Assembly (NCBI RefSeq): GCF_009914755.1
Contig: NC_060931.1
Strand: one strand, 5' to 3'
Length of the DNA stretch: 64,000 nt
Origin: the human T2T-CHM13v2.0 reference genome, Homo sapiens
A model generated the notes under the pieces. That model saw only the letters and a list, made by a program, of their open reading frames with translations. It was not told where the DNA came from and made no database searches. The translations under genes were made by a program, and so were the position numbers. Within the stretch, counting starts at the first letter, position 1. Every line of letters begins with the position of its first letter. Of the stretch, positions 59,291 through 64,000 are shown one piece after another.

Positions 59291-59770
59291 TGGGAGCATC
59301 TTTTTAATCAGACCACATGACTATGGCTAGGTTGCATGAATCACTGCTGCTCTGGAGTTTTCTGGATTGCAGAGCTCTTCCTGATTGAAGCAGGCCTCCT
59401 GAAAAATCACAGTGGGACTTTGAATAAATACTTCCATCTCTTAGGCCTGTCTCATAAAATTGGTGGGGTTCTGAAATATGTTTTCTCAAGGGTTGAAGTG
59501 CATATTTATTTTTTTGTTGGGTGGGCTGAGCCAATAATGATTGCAATCAATAAGAAAGTCCTTCATCAGTAGAGTTTTATGATAGCAGCTTTAAAAGTCT
59601 CCAGATATGAGATGAACTCAGTTAAGTTTTATTGGTAATTTACCAGATATACTTCATGAAATTTACTCAGAGAATTTCATAATTCATTTTCACCTGCAAC
59701 CATTGAAAGCCTCCAAATATACCAGGAGGCCCAAACTCATTTCTACCCTGGCCAATATCTGCAGATCTAG

Positions 59771-60128
<358 letters not shown>

Positions 60129-60534
60129 CTGATCAATACATTTTTTCTTTTGTACTCCAAAGCAATGTATACTCATTGTTGAAAACTTGTAGTTTAAAAA
60201 TAAGCAAAAGAAAGAAAATAAAAATCATTCAATAAATGTTTTTCTACTAACTTATCTATATTTTAAAATTTTCAACATTGAATAGATATTATTTTTATAA
60301 TAAGAAAAAAGTTATATTTAATTTTTAAAAATTTCAGAAAGATATACTTCAAAATGTTCATAGTCTTTTTAAGCTTCTTTTTCCCTTAATTTTTGTATAC
60401 TGTATTACTTTTGTAATTGAGAAAAATAGTTTCACAACAAATATTATTAAAAATTAATTCCACCACTCAGAAATAAGTATTGCCAATATTTTGGTGTATA
60501 TGTTTCAAGTCTTCTTTCCTATGTCTAGCTAGAG

Positions 60535-61903
<1,369 letters not shown>

Positions 61904-63405
61904 CTTCTGTCACTTAGGAGAGCCCTTGGTTGTCAATATTTTGTTCAAGTCCTGAATTTGCATGTCACATAAATCCCAAATACTATTCTCATTCATTTGA
62001 GAAGGTTGGTGCTGTTAAGAATGCAGTAGAAGGGATTTATATCCTGGATGGAAGTTTGCACAAAATAGTTTTTTAAAACTCAAACTATGTAGGTTTCCTA
62101 CAAGTCTTTTTTTCATTTAGCATGGGGACCAGCTGGAATCAGAAGCAGTAAATATAGCTGATCATAGAATACATTAAATACAGAAAAAAGATGCAGCTAC
62201 CTGGTGTGCAATCCAACCATCTCAAATACTAAAACTTTATGTTCAGTCATAATATTTTCCTCTTGGAATGAAAACATCTGAGTGTAATAGTAAAGCAACA
62301 GGGACTCACCAAAGAGTGAAGTTATCACTTGCCTGCAGAAGAGGAGACATTTAAAAGCACTCTATTCCCTGTAGCCCTCTCTATTATAAAAGTTTCATGA
62401 TAAATCCATCCCCAGCTAATGCCTAGGGTGATTTAAATATATAGCAGCAGAGTCTCCAGTGGTCAATTGAGGGATAACGAGTTCTGGAACTGCCAAAGTG
62501 AACAGAAATCCTCCTGGTTCAAGCTTTTTGTTTTTTTCTTTTTGAAGTGATGCACCCATCAACAGTAAGGGAGAGGAATACATGAAAAGAAAGGGAGGCT
62601 GAGAGGCTGAGGGAAAGACAGAGGCTAGGCTTTTGTGATTATGGTAATCCAAATATATACCAAGTGGCATGCTGAAAAGTCCCTCTCAACAGGCAGCACA
62701 CTCCCATGCTGAACATCCAAATGAAACATTTCTAATATCATCATAGTGTTGTTCATAAACACAGAAGTATATCTGGTATAAGCAAATCCTTGGATACATT
62801 TTTAGAAGTGAATGATTTTGAAAATTCCAATCTAAAATCTGCCTGTTCCAACACACACACACACACACACACACTCACTCACACTGTGATGACTTTCCAT
62901 CTCTTCACACTTGTACTTTTAAAAATATCAAAACCCTTGAATTTGGAAATCTTCCTTCCCTTCAGTTTCAGATGTCCCTTCTCCTTCCCTCTTTGAATAC
63001 AATTACCAACTACAATCAGCTTCAGAACTCCTTTCCCTTCATAACAGATTTATAATGATTAAAAAATTATTTTTCACTTGTGGAATTTTATCTGTAAGCA
63101 ACTTTAAACATGCTGTATTTAGGCATGCTTAGCACTAGGAATCTAGCGCAAGAAAAATAAAATGTAAGTCTAAAAGCTTACATACTGAGTAGTTTTACTA
63201 ATTTCTAGACTATAACTTTCTTCAAGGCAAGGAGGGCATTTGATTTATGAAAAAGTTATTTGACAGCATACATCTTTGGAGTTCAAAGAACCAAGGGTCC
63301 AAGGTAAAAACATATATAGGATCTCCTAGACCTCCTATTCTGAAGGAAAGAAAGAAAAAGAAAGGAAAAGAAAAGAAAAATATTTTGAGCACTGGACCAT
63401 AGTAG

Positions 63406-63712
<307 letters not shown>

Positions 63713-64000
63713 TCATTGTAGGTTCTTAATAAATGTCCTGTATATTTACCCATATTTTCTGAATAAGTTTAACATTTTTCTCTTTATTCTAGTATTTTAC
63801 TTTATCACTGATTTTATGCAATTTGATTGTGATATGCCTGAGTGTAGTGTTTTTCATGTTTCTTGTGCTTGGGGTTCATTGAATTTCTTGGATCTGTGGG
63901 TAATGAAATTTGAAAAAAAAATTTTTATCACTTCTTCAAATATTTTTCAGCCCTCCCTTCTTTCTTCAGAAACTCCAGTTACAAGTATATTAGGCTCTCG

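Overview
Primate (human-like) genomic DNA, repeat-rich, with no intact protein-coding gene or RNA gene that I can recognise. Securely identifiable: two processed pseudogenes on the minus strand (RPL35 at ~1.65-2.1 kb; HNRNPA1 short isoform at ~60.5-61.9 kb), an intact HERV-W solo LTR (LTR17) inserted inside an Alu with a 4-bp TSD, two 5'-truncated L1PA elements (one with an apparent 3' transduction and a triplicated target site), ~40 Alus (several nested), old L1M/L2/MIR, MaLR LTRs, hAT/Tigger DNA-transposon fossils and microsatellites. Most interesting but inferential: several unique, AG...GT-bounded plus-strand segments between ~13 and ~56 kb translate (with stops and frameshifts) into RGS-domain-like motifs, suggesting a decayed multi-exon, possibly unitary, pseudogene of an RGS22/RGSL1-like protein. 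Also notable is a complex templated-insertion/fold-back rearrangement at 4.5-6.0 kb. Repeat family names and parent-gene comparisons are from memory of consensus sequences, not from a database run.
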